Assembly (NCBI GenBank): GCA_049999805.1
Contig: JBNGIO010005748.1
Span: forward strand, 1 to 50,800
Origin: Folioceros fuciformis
Taxonomy: Eukaryota
DNA length: 50,800 nt
Direction: 5' to 3'
Below are positions 12,204 through 25,310 of this stretch, one piece after another. Within the stretch, counting starts at the first letter, position 1. Every line of letters starts with the position of its first letter. Below the pieces are notes generated by a model. That model saw only the letters and a program-made list of their open reading frames with translations. It did no database searches and had not been told where the DNA came from. Made by a program: the position numbers and the translations under genes.

Positions 12204-14447
12204 CTGACCCGTTCCGTTTGGGAAGTTGTGGACGCGTTCCGTGTAAGGCCGAGCGCAGTGCACAAGGCGCAGTGCGCAGAGACTGTGAAATTCGCATAGC
12301 AGAGCAGAGCAGAACAGAAAGGAAGGTGTCAGACGGCAAAATCTCAGTGCTGGCGTGACTGCGAGCGCAGACAAGCGTGCAAAAGGGCGTCCCCATTGGA
12401 AAGTATGTGATGTATCCAGATCCCTAACCGTTTTGCCACTTGACTTGCAGCGGAGCCGGTCTTGGTCTCCTCTCCTTTCTCTCTGCTCCGCTCTGTTGTG
12501 TGTGCCTTGCCTCCCTAGGGGTGTGCGATAGTCATGAGAGAGAGAAGAGAGAAACAAGAAAGAGAGAAGAGGGAGGGCGGGGAGAGAGGGACACAAAGAG
12601 AGAGAGAGAGACAGGGGGTGTGCTCCGACGAGCCGGGCGGGCCCCCGAGGCAGGCAGGGCAGGGCAAGGGCAGGCGGGGCAGGTCGGACTCGGGACTCGG
12701 AGCTCGGAGCTGGGGGGGTTTCTTTAAATGTCAGGCATCATGCCCATGCCCCCACCAGCCACGCATACGGCGCTCTTGATGGCCCATTATCACGCTCCAA
12801 GTACAGGACACACGCCGCTTCCTGCTCGCTAAACTCGCATGCCACAGTCATGGAGTCTAGTTCGGTCCGGGTCACTTGCGGCGGCAGCGGCCTGCCACTG
12901 TCCCCATCGGAAGTGAAGCAAGCACAGAAGAAGCCAGGAAGCAGCCAGCGAGCAAGGGTCCAAGAGACGGCATAAAGGAAGCACCACAAGAAGCCAAGCC
13001 AAGCCAAGTGCCTTGATGAGGGAGGCTGGAGGCAGCACTGGCAGCAGCAACAGTAGCAGCAGCATCATCACCCAGCCCTAGAAGGAACACAGGGAGGAGA
13101 GATGTGCATTGCGTGCTGCCCGGGCTAGCCTTCAACAAGCCATGGGACTCGAGTGTCATCACACCTGGAGTGGATGTGGTCCTGGTCGGACCTCCAACTC
13201 AAAAAGCAGCAACACCAACAGCAGCAGTAGCAGCTGGAGGAAAGACATCAGACGAGTTCAGAAGCCTCGCACCTGGTGCCAACTGGGTTGCGCACCAATC
13301 CCGCTCCACTGTAACCTGGTATCCAGCAAAAGATCTTTCTTGAACTCCGGGTTCCAGATTATGTCCCTAAAATGCGGTGTCCACTCGCCTCGGACCCTGC
13401 GCCATACTTTCATTTAATGGCCCCCACCTTTGCCACACTCCTAACGTCACCTAACAGCCTGTCCGCCAGGGCCAGGGCCAGCGCCAGAGCCAGCGCCCGG
13501 GCCTGGGCCTCTCATCCACCAACAATTCCGTTCTGTCCTCTACTACTCTGGGTAGTCGCAGCCACCTCCCCGATTCCACAAAGACCCCACAACGGCAACG
13601 TAAGGGGGGCAGTGGCAGCGGCACCATTGCAGCAACCCGGCAGGCCCCCGGTCCCTTCAACTGCCCCCAATTCTCTCCCTTGCGTTTGTGTGACAACCAT
13701 GCCCAGGGAAGAGAAGCAAAGGTTAGAGAAAGGGAACGGAAGAGAAAGGAAGAGAAGGAACCAGCCTCATCCCTGGGTGGCAACATGGGACGACATGTCC
13801 TTGCCGGTCAAGAAAGCATATCGTGCCAGGATTCCACACTCATGTCACAGCGTCAGGCCCAGGTACCTCTCATGGACAACCCTGCTGCTCACTCCATACA
13901 GGCAGGGGAGGTATTACAAGGAGAGGAAGAAGGGAGGAAGGGAGGGGGGAACCGGAAAAGGGAAAGGAAAACAAACAAACAAACAAAAAAGCACAGGGAA
14001 GCGAGAGGGAGAAGGCTCCAAGACCCACCACCCACCACCGCAGATTTTATATGTTATCTGAGGCACCGACCGGGAGGACCCACTGGGGCTTGGGCCCATC
14101 CCTGTCCCAGCACAGCGCGGGCCCAGCGTCACCAACCCTCCCCACACACTCACGCAGTCGCACACAAATATACATACACGCACGTATTCATGGCCCTGGC
14201 TATCTATATACCACACTGCACTCACAAACAAACCACAAGATCCACAAAACCAGGACACCAGCACCAGAATCATCCTTGCACAAGCCATCACGTAAACACA
14301 TCGTCTTCCCTACGCCCCTACGGCCTGCGACCAGCGTAGGCTATCATCCTATGGGATGTGCAGCAGGTGCGCTGAAATCACATCTAATAGCCCCACTGGA
14401 GGCAACTGAACTGCCCTGCCCTGCCCTGCACTGCACCACTGCTATCA

Positions 14448-17400
14448 TCACTGCTGCTCTTCATCCACCAAGGTGCCCAAAATCACCCTCTTCATCTCCT
14501 CCTTGCTCACCGACGTCTGCACCAGTATCTGCAACACAACAGCAACAACCCCGCTGCTCACCACACATCCGCCACCATGCCACGTCATACAGTGCAATCA
14601 AGACTGCGTTTGCCGGCACCTCACCTCCTGGACTTCGTTGCCTGACCGAGCTAGCAGCTTGAACCCGTCGTCCACGGGCTCAGAGAGATAAATCTGTTCA
14701 AAGGCACCACGTGTAGCAGTGAGATTACGGACTCTGATGGCTATATACTTCAGGGTGCTGTCCCTTCATCCTACCCAACCTGGAAGCTGGTGGCCAAGGC
14801 TGCTCCCCGAAATCTACGCCCTTTCCGGACGCCAGAAATGCCCTCCGTGTCCACGAGCCTCTTCAGCACCGGCTCCAGTCCATTCATTTCCGGGACCTGA
14901 AGCACATCATAGCAAGTAGGTGACTACACAATTTGTGGAAACGCATAAGTCTTCCTCTGCTGGATGTTTTTCCGTCACATCACACAGGTCCAAGATACAA
15001 ACCTCAGAGTTGCTCTCCAGGCTCTCCGACAGGCCAAATTCGGGGGTACCAGGGGCTTGACTGGATACTAAAGATTCCAACGTCTCTTGTAGTGGATCCG
15101 GCTGTTTTGGCACCAGACGAACCGAAGTGTGAAGAGATGACAGGTAACAAACATCATGACACTGAACTGATATGTCTCAAGAGGGCATCCGAAGAGAAAT
15201 CCTACCTGCATTTGCCTCAGGGATAGGCTGATTCGTTGGAAGTGACGATCCAATCTAGTGACCTTGGCTTGGACTTCCTATGTAACCAAGTGCAAATTGG
15301 TTAATACGGAAACAAGTGAACCTCAAGATGAACGCGTCTACCACAGAAGTAGGAGGGAGGAGACGTCCAGACCTGCCCAACACTGATGTGTGCGCTTGGA
15401 TCGACAACACGGTTCCAGGATAGCTCAGATGCATGAATCAGTGCAGTCACCCCTTCCAGCTGGGAACACCAATGCCACCTTGTCAGAGCCCATGCATGCA
15501 TCGGAACACAACAAACCTGGATGAATCCTCCTCAAACACAAAGGGTAGCTTGATCAAACGAGTCGTGCATAAGAGCTGTCTAGGGATAGGAGCAATCATC
15601 ATGAAAAGAGGTGCAACAATACGCATGGCGAGTACAAACCTTAACAAATGCCCCAATTGTGGTTACTTTTGTCACCACGCAATCCACAACATCACCAATT
15701 TTCAAAGTAGCCTGTTTGCAGATTCAACCGATCAATACAGAAGGGAGAAAGAAAACAAGAACCCAGAAGTCGAAACGGCATTCATTTAGTGGCCGCCTGA
15801 GATCACCGTGGAGACTTACTATAAAGGCTGCCTTCTTCTGAGCAAGGACAAAAGCTTCACCCTCAGTTCGTCTTTCGGACCAAGTCATCCTTTTCCGAGT
15901 CTTATCAACAGATGTGATCACAACAGTTGCTTTCTGCAATTGAAGGAAAACACTTTGCTGACATCGTGCAAATTGTCACTGCCCTCTGTCGACATCTCTT
16001 GCAAACGAGGAGCCCACACCCAGCCAGCCATTCTTGCAGAGGGCACCATGGATAAGCCAAATCCTCGCTATCGTACAAGTAAACACCCCAGTGCACTATA
16101 CCTGTCCAACGAACGCCGAAAGAAGGATCGACCTCTCTTCTTTAAACACATCCAGCAGATCCTGACGTTGCTCATCGGTTGGGAAAACAAGCTCGCCACC
16201 ATCTGCCCGCGGCTGTGTTGTGTTTGTCCTTTCACCATTTTCCTGTGACAGTGGCTGAACCCCCACGGGTGCACGTTTCTGGGTCACATCTATCCCTCTC
16301 GCTTGTGCCCAGCTCCTGAAGGTAGAGATATTTCTGCTGGGACTCAGTTCCCATGCAGGGATGTAACCAGACATATTACCAAAGGAGGCCTGCAAATCAC
16401 CAAAACATAAGTCGTCCCCGAACCCACACAAAACCAGCTGTTACTAGCTTGCAGAGAGGTTGGCTTCCAATCATGTTTAACTGGTCGTACGTGGGTGGAT
16501 TGGCTTGAGCAAAGGTGCACTGTGGGAGAGAGCACTTACAACCACTCCATCCCCTACAACTTTGACAATCTCCACTTCGAAAGCAGATAATGACTCTCGA
16601 AGTGCTTCAGCTTGTGCCCAACTATCATCGTCAGTCTGCCCCAGAGAAAAGCAGAAATGATCAATATTTTAACAGGTGCCGCAACAACATCCTCTGCAAG
16701 CATGGTTGCCATGTCAAGCGCATTGACACACCTCATTCACCACTGCCGACTTGCTGTCTGGGCTGTTCATCACCTTATTCGAAATTGTTTCAAGTGTAGA
16801 CCTGCTTTCATCTGCTTCTTTGAAAACTGGCCTCAAGGGAGTTGGAGGTTTTGGGACGTAGGGACGAGTATCCTGGAGCTGCTGCCTCGATGATCGAGTT
16901 GTATATGAAGCAGTTGCCGGCCGCCTGAGCATTCCTGATTTCCATCTGTCTAGACACAAACAAAGACAGTTATCACATGCTCTGTACTTCATCCGTGGAA
17001 CAACCTATCCACCATCTTCAAGTCCTGCACAGGGCTGAAAAAAGAGCCGTACTCGACAGGAGGCTTTCCACTGGCAAGGTCATTTGCTTCTTGCCGTTGT
17101 TCTGCGTCTGCTGGCAACCTTGCTTCACTCTTCAACACTGCTCGTTTAACTAAATCCGACCAATTACCAAACCTGTCCGTGCCAACAGGCTCCACACTGC
17201 TTTCCTCCCGCTGATCTAGCTCTGGAGCAGTTTCTCCGATTGAGCCGGAAAAAAGCCTATCCGTGACAGGTTCTTTACCAAACCCATCAAGCTCTCCAGA
17301 CAAAACAGAACCACTACTGGACTCCTCCAGAACATTGGCCGCGCGGATCTGGGGCTCCAGAGTGGGCACAAACGACTTCGGTCTGGATTGTAAAGAAGGC

Positions 17401-19096
17401 CCTGAATCTAACCACGAGGAAAGCTCTTGAGAAGGATCATCTGGCAAGGACAACACAGCACCTAGACTTTCTTCAGCAGAAGCAAAGACTTTCTTGTCCG
17501 TCCTTTCTGCAGCTATTGGAGCACTGGAGGGATTTTCTAGCAAACCAGACGTTTGGACAGTAAAAACACTGGATTCAGCTAGACCACCCTCATAAGAGAC
17601 TACTTGTCTGATATCTGATTCAGAAGCCCTCTGAAGCGGAGTGGGCTTCCGCAAGATATCAGCGGCTTCAACTGACTCCGCTGCAGTTGCAGCCTTGGTT
17701 TGAATGGTGTAAGCACTGGATTTAGGCAGACTATCCTTGTCAGAGACTACGTCTTGTCTGACAGTTGGTCCAGACGCCAACTCAGCAACAAAGGGAACGC
17801 GCGAGGCATCCGAGACTTCACGTGATCCCGCTACAGTTGGAACTTCAGCTAGAATGGTGGAAGCACCGGATTCAGCTAGATCATCTTTATCAGAGACTAC
17901 ATCTTGTCCCACAGGTGATCCAGAAGCAAGGTTAGCAACAGATGGCTTCGGTAATACTCCAGAGGCTTCAGGAAATTCCGATACAGTTGCAGCCTTAGCT
18001 TGAATGGTGGAAGCACTGGAATCAGCTAGACCATCCTTAATAGGGACTACATCTTGTCTCAAAGTTGGTGCAGGAGCCAACTTAGCAACAGAGGGCTTCC
18101 GTAAGACACCAGAGGCCTCAAGTGATTCCGCTACAATTGCAGCTTTGGCTGGATCCTTCCCATCAGAAGATGATACCTCGTTCCCCGACTCTCCAGTTGT
18201 TGGCTTTGGAACTGGTTTCCGTAACATACTAGAAGCTGTCAGGGGATGGGCCACAGCAGAAGTTTCTTTTGCTCTCCGCAACGTCATAGGAGTTATCACC
18301 TCTACAGGTGCTACTTTGGGACCTACAACGATCGGCTTCCGTATCAACTGTCCGTAATCAGCATCCTCAACCTTCGGCTTCTCAGCCTTCACCTTCTTCC
18401 CTACTGGCCGCACTATCTGAATGCCCTGCCCCTGTCCCCTCTCCTTCCCCTCAGCCTCTGAGGCAGCTCTTGGCCTGGGTGGTCGTGACAACAGCTCAGG
18501 CACACTCCCATCGGACCCAGCACCACCCTGGGGACGTTTTGGTATGGCGGGAGGCCGTCGAATCTCTTGCGTCTCCTGAGCCTTGACCGCATTGACGGGT
18601 CTAGGGGGCTTTCCCTTCAGCAAAGCCTCTTCAACGTCCAAAAAGGTAGCATCTGGATCAGCCTTCGACCGGAGAATCTGTTGCAACCAACGAATTCCTC
18701 TCAGCCAGACCAGTAACATGGTGAGCAAAGCCACATTTTCTGCCAATTGCCCGTCCAGGGGAATCTCAGCACAACCCCACCTAGAATTCTTCGTCCCCTC
18801 ACCTTCGACAATGTGGTCTCACGAGACTCCCCCAGCAAGCGACCGAACTCCAGAGTCATCATGTCGTCCTCATTCAGCTTAATCTCCCGTCGACCACCCT
18901 CATTCCGTCCTCCAGACACCAGAATCTTCCACGCCCCATTCTTCCGAGTCAAACCCCCTGCGTTAACGCCCCAGGGACGAGGCAGACGTTGGCAAGAGGA
19001 AGAACTTGCGTTGCTGTGATGAGAGCCAGCTGCACGCTGCAATGTATCGTGCAAGCAGCGGGGAGTAAAACAGCCACAGCTGGCTATCGTTGCCAT
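14448..19096 (-). CDS. SDP: Chloroplast S1-domain RNA-binding protein, similar to Arabidopsis At1g12800 (SDP); multi-exon
   Basis: Transit-peptide-like start MATIASC (ATG 19096); EDDMMTLEFGRLLGE..TTLSK / DPDATFLDVEE; S1 motifs ASFGNMSGYIPAWEL and LIHASELSWNRVVDP..VGQV; C-terminal FKLLARSGNEVQE|ILVQTSVSKEEMKRVIL; stop TGA 14450-14448. Some internal exon boundaries (~16700-17060) unresolved. Confidence 0.82.
17550..18145 (-). repeat. Coding tandem repeat, 150-bp (50-aa) unit, about 4 diverged copies
   Basis: EASGVLRKPSVA..RQDVV..KDGLADSSASTIQAKAAT units; homologous DNA blocks recur at ~18110, 17960, 17810 and 17660. Confidence 0.85.
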
Positions 19097-19393
19097 CGGG
19101 CTTCCGAATCCTCGGGCCTGCAATCCGTCACTTGCTGAGACACAACAGCCCCACAACCCAAGTCAGCTTGCAGCCCATGTTTACAGAATCACATCGTACC
19201 GCATTGAGACTGGACCTCTCAGCTGATTGGCATGACTAGACCCCGCCTGATCGTTCCACGCCAACGCTCAGATTTGCTCGAGCATTCCACACTTTCACCA
19301 GTCAGGAGTGACAGAATCCATTCGAATCCCGTGGAATGTCGGAGATACTGTTGTTTCCTGTTCCCATGGTTTCCTTACCTGTTCCTAAACCCC

Positions 19394-19402
19394 AAACCCT
19401 AA
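19394..19402 (+). promoter_or_regulatory. Telobox (AAACCCTAA) in the shared SDP/PBE intergenic region
   Basis: Exact motif about 130 bp upstream of the PBE ATG; function inferred. Confidence 0.5.
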
Positions 19403-19529
19403 GTGGCCTCGTAACCGTGGCGTACTAACGTCCACACCGAAGATTATCAACTTACGTTTGCTTGGGGAAGAAGCTGAAGCCCCTTTTTCATCCGATCGTA
19501 AAGAAGAGTCCGGGAACTCGACACTCAGG

Positions 19530-21035
19530 ATGGTGGCCTTGGATCTCACAGGGCTGGAGCCGCGCACCTTGCGCAGTGGTCCTAGCGGGAGCAAGAATGG
19601 GCTGCCTAGCTCGTTTTCTGTTCCCTGCTTCGAGCTGCCTGCCGTCCGCGATGTGAGTTACAGGTCCAAATTATGGTTTGAATTGTGTAGTTTGACGAGG
19701 GATTTGTCGGGGCGGGGACTGCTGCTGCCTGCGTTGCGAGTGTGATGGACAATTTTCTAGGGTTTATGTGGTAAGGAGGTACGAGGAGAATTTTTGACTG
19801 GGATTGCTACAGTTGGATGGGTTTGAGAAAGCAGCAGTGCAAATGGTGAAGCCAGTCAGAGGGACAACAACCTTGGCTTTTGAGTTCGAGCACGGCATTA
19901 TTGTGGCAGCCGACTCCCGTGCCAGCATGGGAACCTATATCTGTGAGTGCATCCAATCTGGCCGTTCGTGCATCAGGCATTAGGTCAAGTAGCTGTACCG
20001 GTAAGAATTTCAAGCTGGTGGGATTGACTGTTTCGGGTGCCAGCTTCGCAGTCGGTCAAGAAAATATTGGAAATCAACCCCTACTTGCTTGGCACCATGG
20101 CTGGAGGCGCTGCAGACTGTCAATTTTGGCAAAGAAACCTTGGCACACGGGTAGCACATCTTTACCGATCGAATGTTCTTTGCTAAAGTGATAACTTGAG
20201 GTGACGGAGTATGCTTCTCTGCAGTGCCGTCTACATGAGCTAGCTAACAAGAGGAGGATTTCCGTAACGGGAGCTTCCAAGCTGCTGGCAAACACGCTGT
20301 ATTCTTATCGGGGGATGGGTCTTTCAATGGGTACCATGATTGCTGGTTGGGACGAAACTGTAAGTGATTTGACTCTTTCATGGCTAGGTGTACTGTACGT
20401 TATTAGTTAAGCTTCGGAGGCTCGGCCTCGCTGCAGCTGAGCATCACATCGTTGGTTACGCTGCTGACTTTCTCTCTTCGAGCAGGGTCCTGGTCTCTAC
20501 TACGTCGACAGTGAAGGAGGTCGCATCAAGGGCAAGCTCTTTTCTGTAGGATCTGGTTCAACTTATGCCTACGGTGTTCTCGACACAGGGTAACATGCTG
20601 TTTTCTTGTTTCTCTGGCTGCCCATTCAGACGCCCTTTTTGGACTGAATGTGACGCTGTGTCTCTGCATAACTGAAAGTTCAGAATCTGCGCAACTGACT
20701 GGCTTGCACGGATTCAGATTCCGCCATGAAATGTCCATTGAGGAAGCTGTGGAACTTGGACGGCGAGCAATATACCATGCCACCTTCCGTGATGGTGGAA
20801 GTGGAGGTGTTGCCAGTGGTAAGCATCTTGTAAAGAGCATACTTTGAGGTGAATTCACCAAGTTTATGGAGCATTTCCAATTCCTACCATGCTCGTTCGT
20901 CTCTGTCGTGCAGTGTACTACGTAGGGCCTCAAGGCTGGAGAAAGATGTCCGGGGACGATGTGGGCGAACTGCACTATAATTACTATCCAGTACCTGAGG
21001 TTGTCGTGGAGCAAGACATGGTTGAAGCTATCTAA
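19530..21035 (+). CDS. PBE: 20S proteasome subunit beta type-5, multi-exon
   Basis: Propeptide then [86 protein letters not shown]; stop TAA 21033-21035. Confidence 0.96.
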
Positions 21036-22337
21036 ATACAAAAGGCAGTACCTTTCAGGTACTTTAGGACCTAGAACTCTCCATTTCGTCGGCTCCGGGC
21101 TAGTTCGTCAGAAAATGTTTCCCTGCTCGTGGACGCAGAGGCCTATGGCCTAGTTGCCCCAATCATGTTCCCACGAGGCCCCCGTTTGTGAAGCAGAAAG
21201 CCGGTCGCAGGGTAGGAGTTGTTCTCCTGGAAGAACTAGCTTGCTCCAAGCTGGATTGCGCAGGGCTTACAGTTACGGAAGGAAAAGTGAGATGAAAACG
21301 ATGTAGACAGTGGTCCAGGCAACCTCCTACAATTCCTGCCTCGCAACTATCGGATCCCTTTATGCTCTCCTGTGATGTGCTGCCTGATAAGGTCAGACAA
21401 ACGTTCTCGCCAAGCACATTCGCCGCGACCTCGATGGAACCATTGCCACAAAACTGCATTGTGACTTGCAAGCGCCTGTTTATCTCGCATTGTGTCTTTA
21501 GGTCTGTCCGCTTGAGTCCGGTTGAGAGAGTAGGTTTGTCCGCTTGAGTTCGGTTGAGAGAGTTGTGGTGTCTGTTGTTTGTGTAGATTCCGATCTTCAT
21601 TTTCGTCTGTTGTGGAGAAATTTTGGTATATGCGCCTTCAACAGTAGGGGGTGGTCCACCACCACCAACTCCCACGCCTCACAAACGCAAAAGAACCTCC
21701 TGCTTGCGAGCTCGCCAAGGAGCTCGTGAAACCCCTTGGCCCAAGAGATGTGATACTTCTTGAGGTCGATTTGCAGGTCCTCCATCTAGGGGCGATTGCC
21801 CAGCTCACGGCAGTCTCGAGCTCTGGGCAGCAATGATCTCCGAAGCACGGAATGACCTACCTGCTTCAAAATCTCCACCAAGATTAGCAGATCTTCTCAC
21901 ACTGACCAAGTATGGATGCGACGACAAGCCCCTGCCAACATCAGAGCCCATAGACATGGGAATGTGATGGACCCCAGCCGCTATTCCCAACACCATCAGG
22001 GGAAGAATACCTATCCAACTGGATGTTGGATTCGAAGTATAAAAGTGCTGTGAAAGTGTTCCGGTAACAAATCCTGTTACCATCACAGTGGTTCCACGAG
22101 GCCCCAAATCAGGTGAGGCTTTTACAGCTTCATGTATAAGAAACCAATCCCCTGACCGCGTTGGAGTCGTTCATTCAAATCCTCCCGAAAGGCCTGTCTG
22201 GTGGCAGATTTGATACCGTCTAGGGCTGTCAGAAGTGAACTCGCTTTAAGATAGCAAGTGGGATGGTCCATCTAGGAACGACAGGCTGCCTGAAAATTGA
22301 CGTCGACCTACACTCCAGCCCCGGTATCAGGTGATGC

Positions 22338-24180
22338 TCAGCCGTCATCTCCACATGAGCATGACCCGTTCTTAAAATGATGAACGTGGTGAGCATCTCG
22401 GACAATTATCTCCCGCTTCTCAATATTGGAGATGATCTTTGTACCAGTATGGCAGTCACCACACATCCGAAGATTCTTAGTGATAAGAAGTGTTGTGCCT
22501 TCGGAAGTGTTGAGCAGACCATAAGCCAGAGCTAATTTCTCTGCATGTCCGCAAAGGGCATCCTCTTTCTCCTGGTCAGACTGCAGCCTCATAACTTTGT
22601 CAGTTTGTGGGACATAGCCACCTTCCTTCATCCTGGCGTTCAGACTTCTTAGCTTCAATGCCACATCATCCCTCTTCTCACCGACAGTGAACTCGTGAAC
22701 CCTCTGGTTTACTTCAATGAGCGCTTTTGCAGCTTTTTTATGAATTCCTGCACACCTTCTCAAGCTTTCTATGTTCTCTACGTCATCCCACCTGCCTGCA
22801 TCTGCATAGATACTGGACATGAGCGCGTACGATGAAGGATGATCCGAGTCCAATTGGAGGAGACGGTCGAAAGAGAGTCTCCCCCGGCTCACATCGCCAT
22901 ACTTTCTACAGGCACTCAACAGAGACATCCACCCGATACTATCACCACCAAATGGCATGGAGTTCAGCATATCTTCTGCATCATCCAAGCGCCCAGACCT
23001 GCCAAGAAGATCAACCATGATATTGAAGTGTTCCAGTGTGGGCTCTATACTATACTGTTCCTTCATCAACCTGAAATATTGGTGGCCCTCATTCAGCATC
23101 CCTACACGACTGCAGGCAACTAGAAGACAAGCAAATGTTGCAGCGGTGGGCTGGACTCCTCCCTGTTGCATCTCCTGGAAACACTGCACTGCCATTCTAC
23201 CATCATTGTGCTTGCCATACCCATCGATCAGCGCAGTCCATGTTACCACATCCTTGACTGGCAATCTGGCAAACAGTCTTTGGGCATCTTCCAGCCTTCC
23301 ACACTTACCATACATGTCCACAAGTGTGCTTGCAACAAAAGGATTAGCCTCTAACGCCCTTTCCATTATCCGACTATGCACCATCTTGCCTTCCTGTATG
23401 GCACCCACAGTGCCACAAGCTTTTAAGATACTCACGAACGTGATGACATTCGCTGGCATCACGCCATCCTCCTGCATAGCTGCATACAGATCTAGAGCGT
23501 CCTGACCAAGACCTTGCTGAGCATAACCTGCGATCATAGCACTCCACGTCACCACATTCTTCGTTGCTAATCCGTCAAACACATTGCGGGCATCTGTTAA
23601 GCTTTGACATTTGGCATACATGTCTACAAGGGTGCTTCCCACGAATACATTAGACCCGAAGCCATCGCGGACAACATCAGCATGGACCATCCTGCCTGAG
23701 GTCAAGTCCCCAGCATTGGCACATGCCTTCAGAACTGCTACAAACACATAGTCGTTCGCCTTCACAGTCGATTGCTTCATCTGGTTGTACAGTTCGATGG
23801 CCTGTTGAGCTCGTCCATGTTCACTGTTCGCTGAAATGATCGAAGCCCACACATGCGTATCTCTGTCACGCAATTCCACAAACACTTGGTTGGCATCTAG
23901 AAGACTTCCTTGAGAAGCATACAGGCGTATTATGTGGTTTCCAAAGAACGAATCGAGCGCATTCCCAGTTCTCTTTATAAGAAGCGAATGTAACCGTCTG
24001 CCGACAACCAGGTCCCTTCTGGCGATACAACTCTTAATAAGAGAGTACAACACATCATTCGGAATAAAGGTGCCCTCTTGTGCCAGGAGATGCACGGCCT
24101 CGAATGCCTCTTCAAGCTTCCCATCCTCACAAAGTCCCCTCCAGGCTCCAGTTTCAAAGCCAGAGCCATTCCTTGTGACC
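22338..24180 (-). CDS. PLS-class PPR protein with E1-E2-DYW deaminase of the DYW:KP type (organellar RNA-editing factor); main exon, 5-prime exon(s) unresolved
   Basis: About 12 P/L/S repeats ending P2-L2-S2, then E1, E2, KKAAKALIEV, HAEKLALAYGLL, KNLRMCGDCH, HHFKNGSCSCGDDG*. The frame stays open to a likely acceptor at ~24181. Confidence 0.93.
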
Positions 24181-25199
24181 CTAGCACATTTTTATACCGT
24201 CAAAACCAAGATACCCAGAATTAAGAAAAGCATCGATGCATGGCAGGTGCACACTCATCATTCACGTACTGACAGGCCAATACCGTGAAGGGTCTTGTGC
24301 TCGACAAGATGTTCTGCACGACACGACCTGTGCCCCCAAGGAGTTCAAAACCTTCCCTTTGATCCCCTGGAGGTTCACTCCACGATCAAGGTGCAGACAC
24401 CCGCTGGTCCTGACGAGGTCAAGGTCCAGAGAATTCGGATTTCTCTGCGATCATCACCTGATGAGCTGCAAACTCGACGCTTGCAAAAGAACCGACAGTG
24501 CCCAAGCTCAGAAACAAGCTTCACCTGGTTCAACGATTGGTCGGACCACTGCGAAGCGTGGCACTGGAGGTATCTCACACATGTCACATGCGCCTTCCAG
24601 CATCCCTCTCGTTGCGCACATGCAACTGCGAGGCACAGCTGAGGACATGGGAACAACATTCCCAGCTACCAGGAACTAGCAGGAACAACATCAATCAGAC
24701 AATCACCTGGCCATAATGCCGTGTTCCGCACCCTGCCACGACGCGTATGCCATCTCTTCAAACATGACATGCTCCTCCCTTGCTCCCAAGCCCACAAACG
24801 CACATGCGTCTTGCCCAGTTTCCTTCCGCTTCCGTTCACACACAAACTGTTTTGCTCCTCGAAACGTCATGGGAACAGCCCATGTTGGCGATTCAGACGC
24901 CGATTCTTTTCCTCGCAAGTAACAGAGCCTTTATACAGAGCACTGGCCAGCTCCCCACAAGGAATGACGACCGGAACGGGATGGTAGGCGCTCTTAGTCG
25001 GTACAAATTACACAGTGTTCCCAACCCACGTTATTATCGGAGAAATTACTTTTTTTAAATCTCAGCTGAATATCCATACTAATCTATTCGCCATTTTCAA
25101 TTCATTTTAAAACTCTGGTTAAACCGTTGGAGAAGCGAGTACCCATGAAGAAGAGGGGCCCAACTTGGTCCACTACCCAGCTGCAAAACATGGTATGCG

Positions 25200-25310
25200 C
25201 AAGCACGAGACAGAAATGCACAGACTCGGTCGAAGCAAGCAGACACAGAAACGTTACGGCGCGGTCGAAGCAAGCAGACACAGAAACGCAATGGCACGGT
25301 CGAAGCAAGT
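25200..25310. repeat. About 35-bp tandem repeat, ~3 copies
   Basis: cggtcgaagcaagcagacacagaaacg recurs at ~25227, 25262 and (partial) 25297. Confidence 0.85.

Noticed and set aside
13168-13190. Partial resemblance to miR166 on the minus strand (tccgaccagg)
   Set aside because: Only ~9 nt match and no hairpin seen.
11800-14662. ORFs of 200-280 aa (11901-12596, 13372-14061, 13680-14339, 13823-14662)
   Set aside because: Low-complexity, repeat-driven, no recognisable motifs; the last overlaps the SDP terminal exons antisense.
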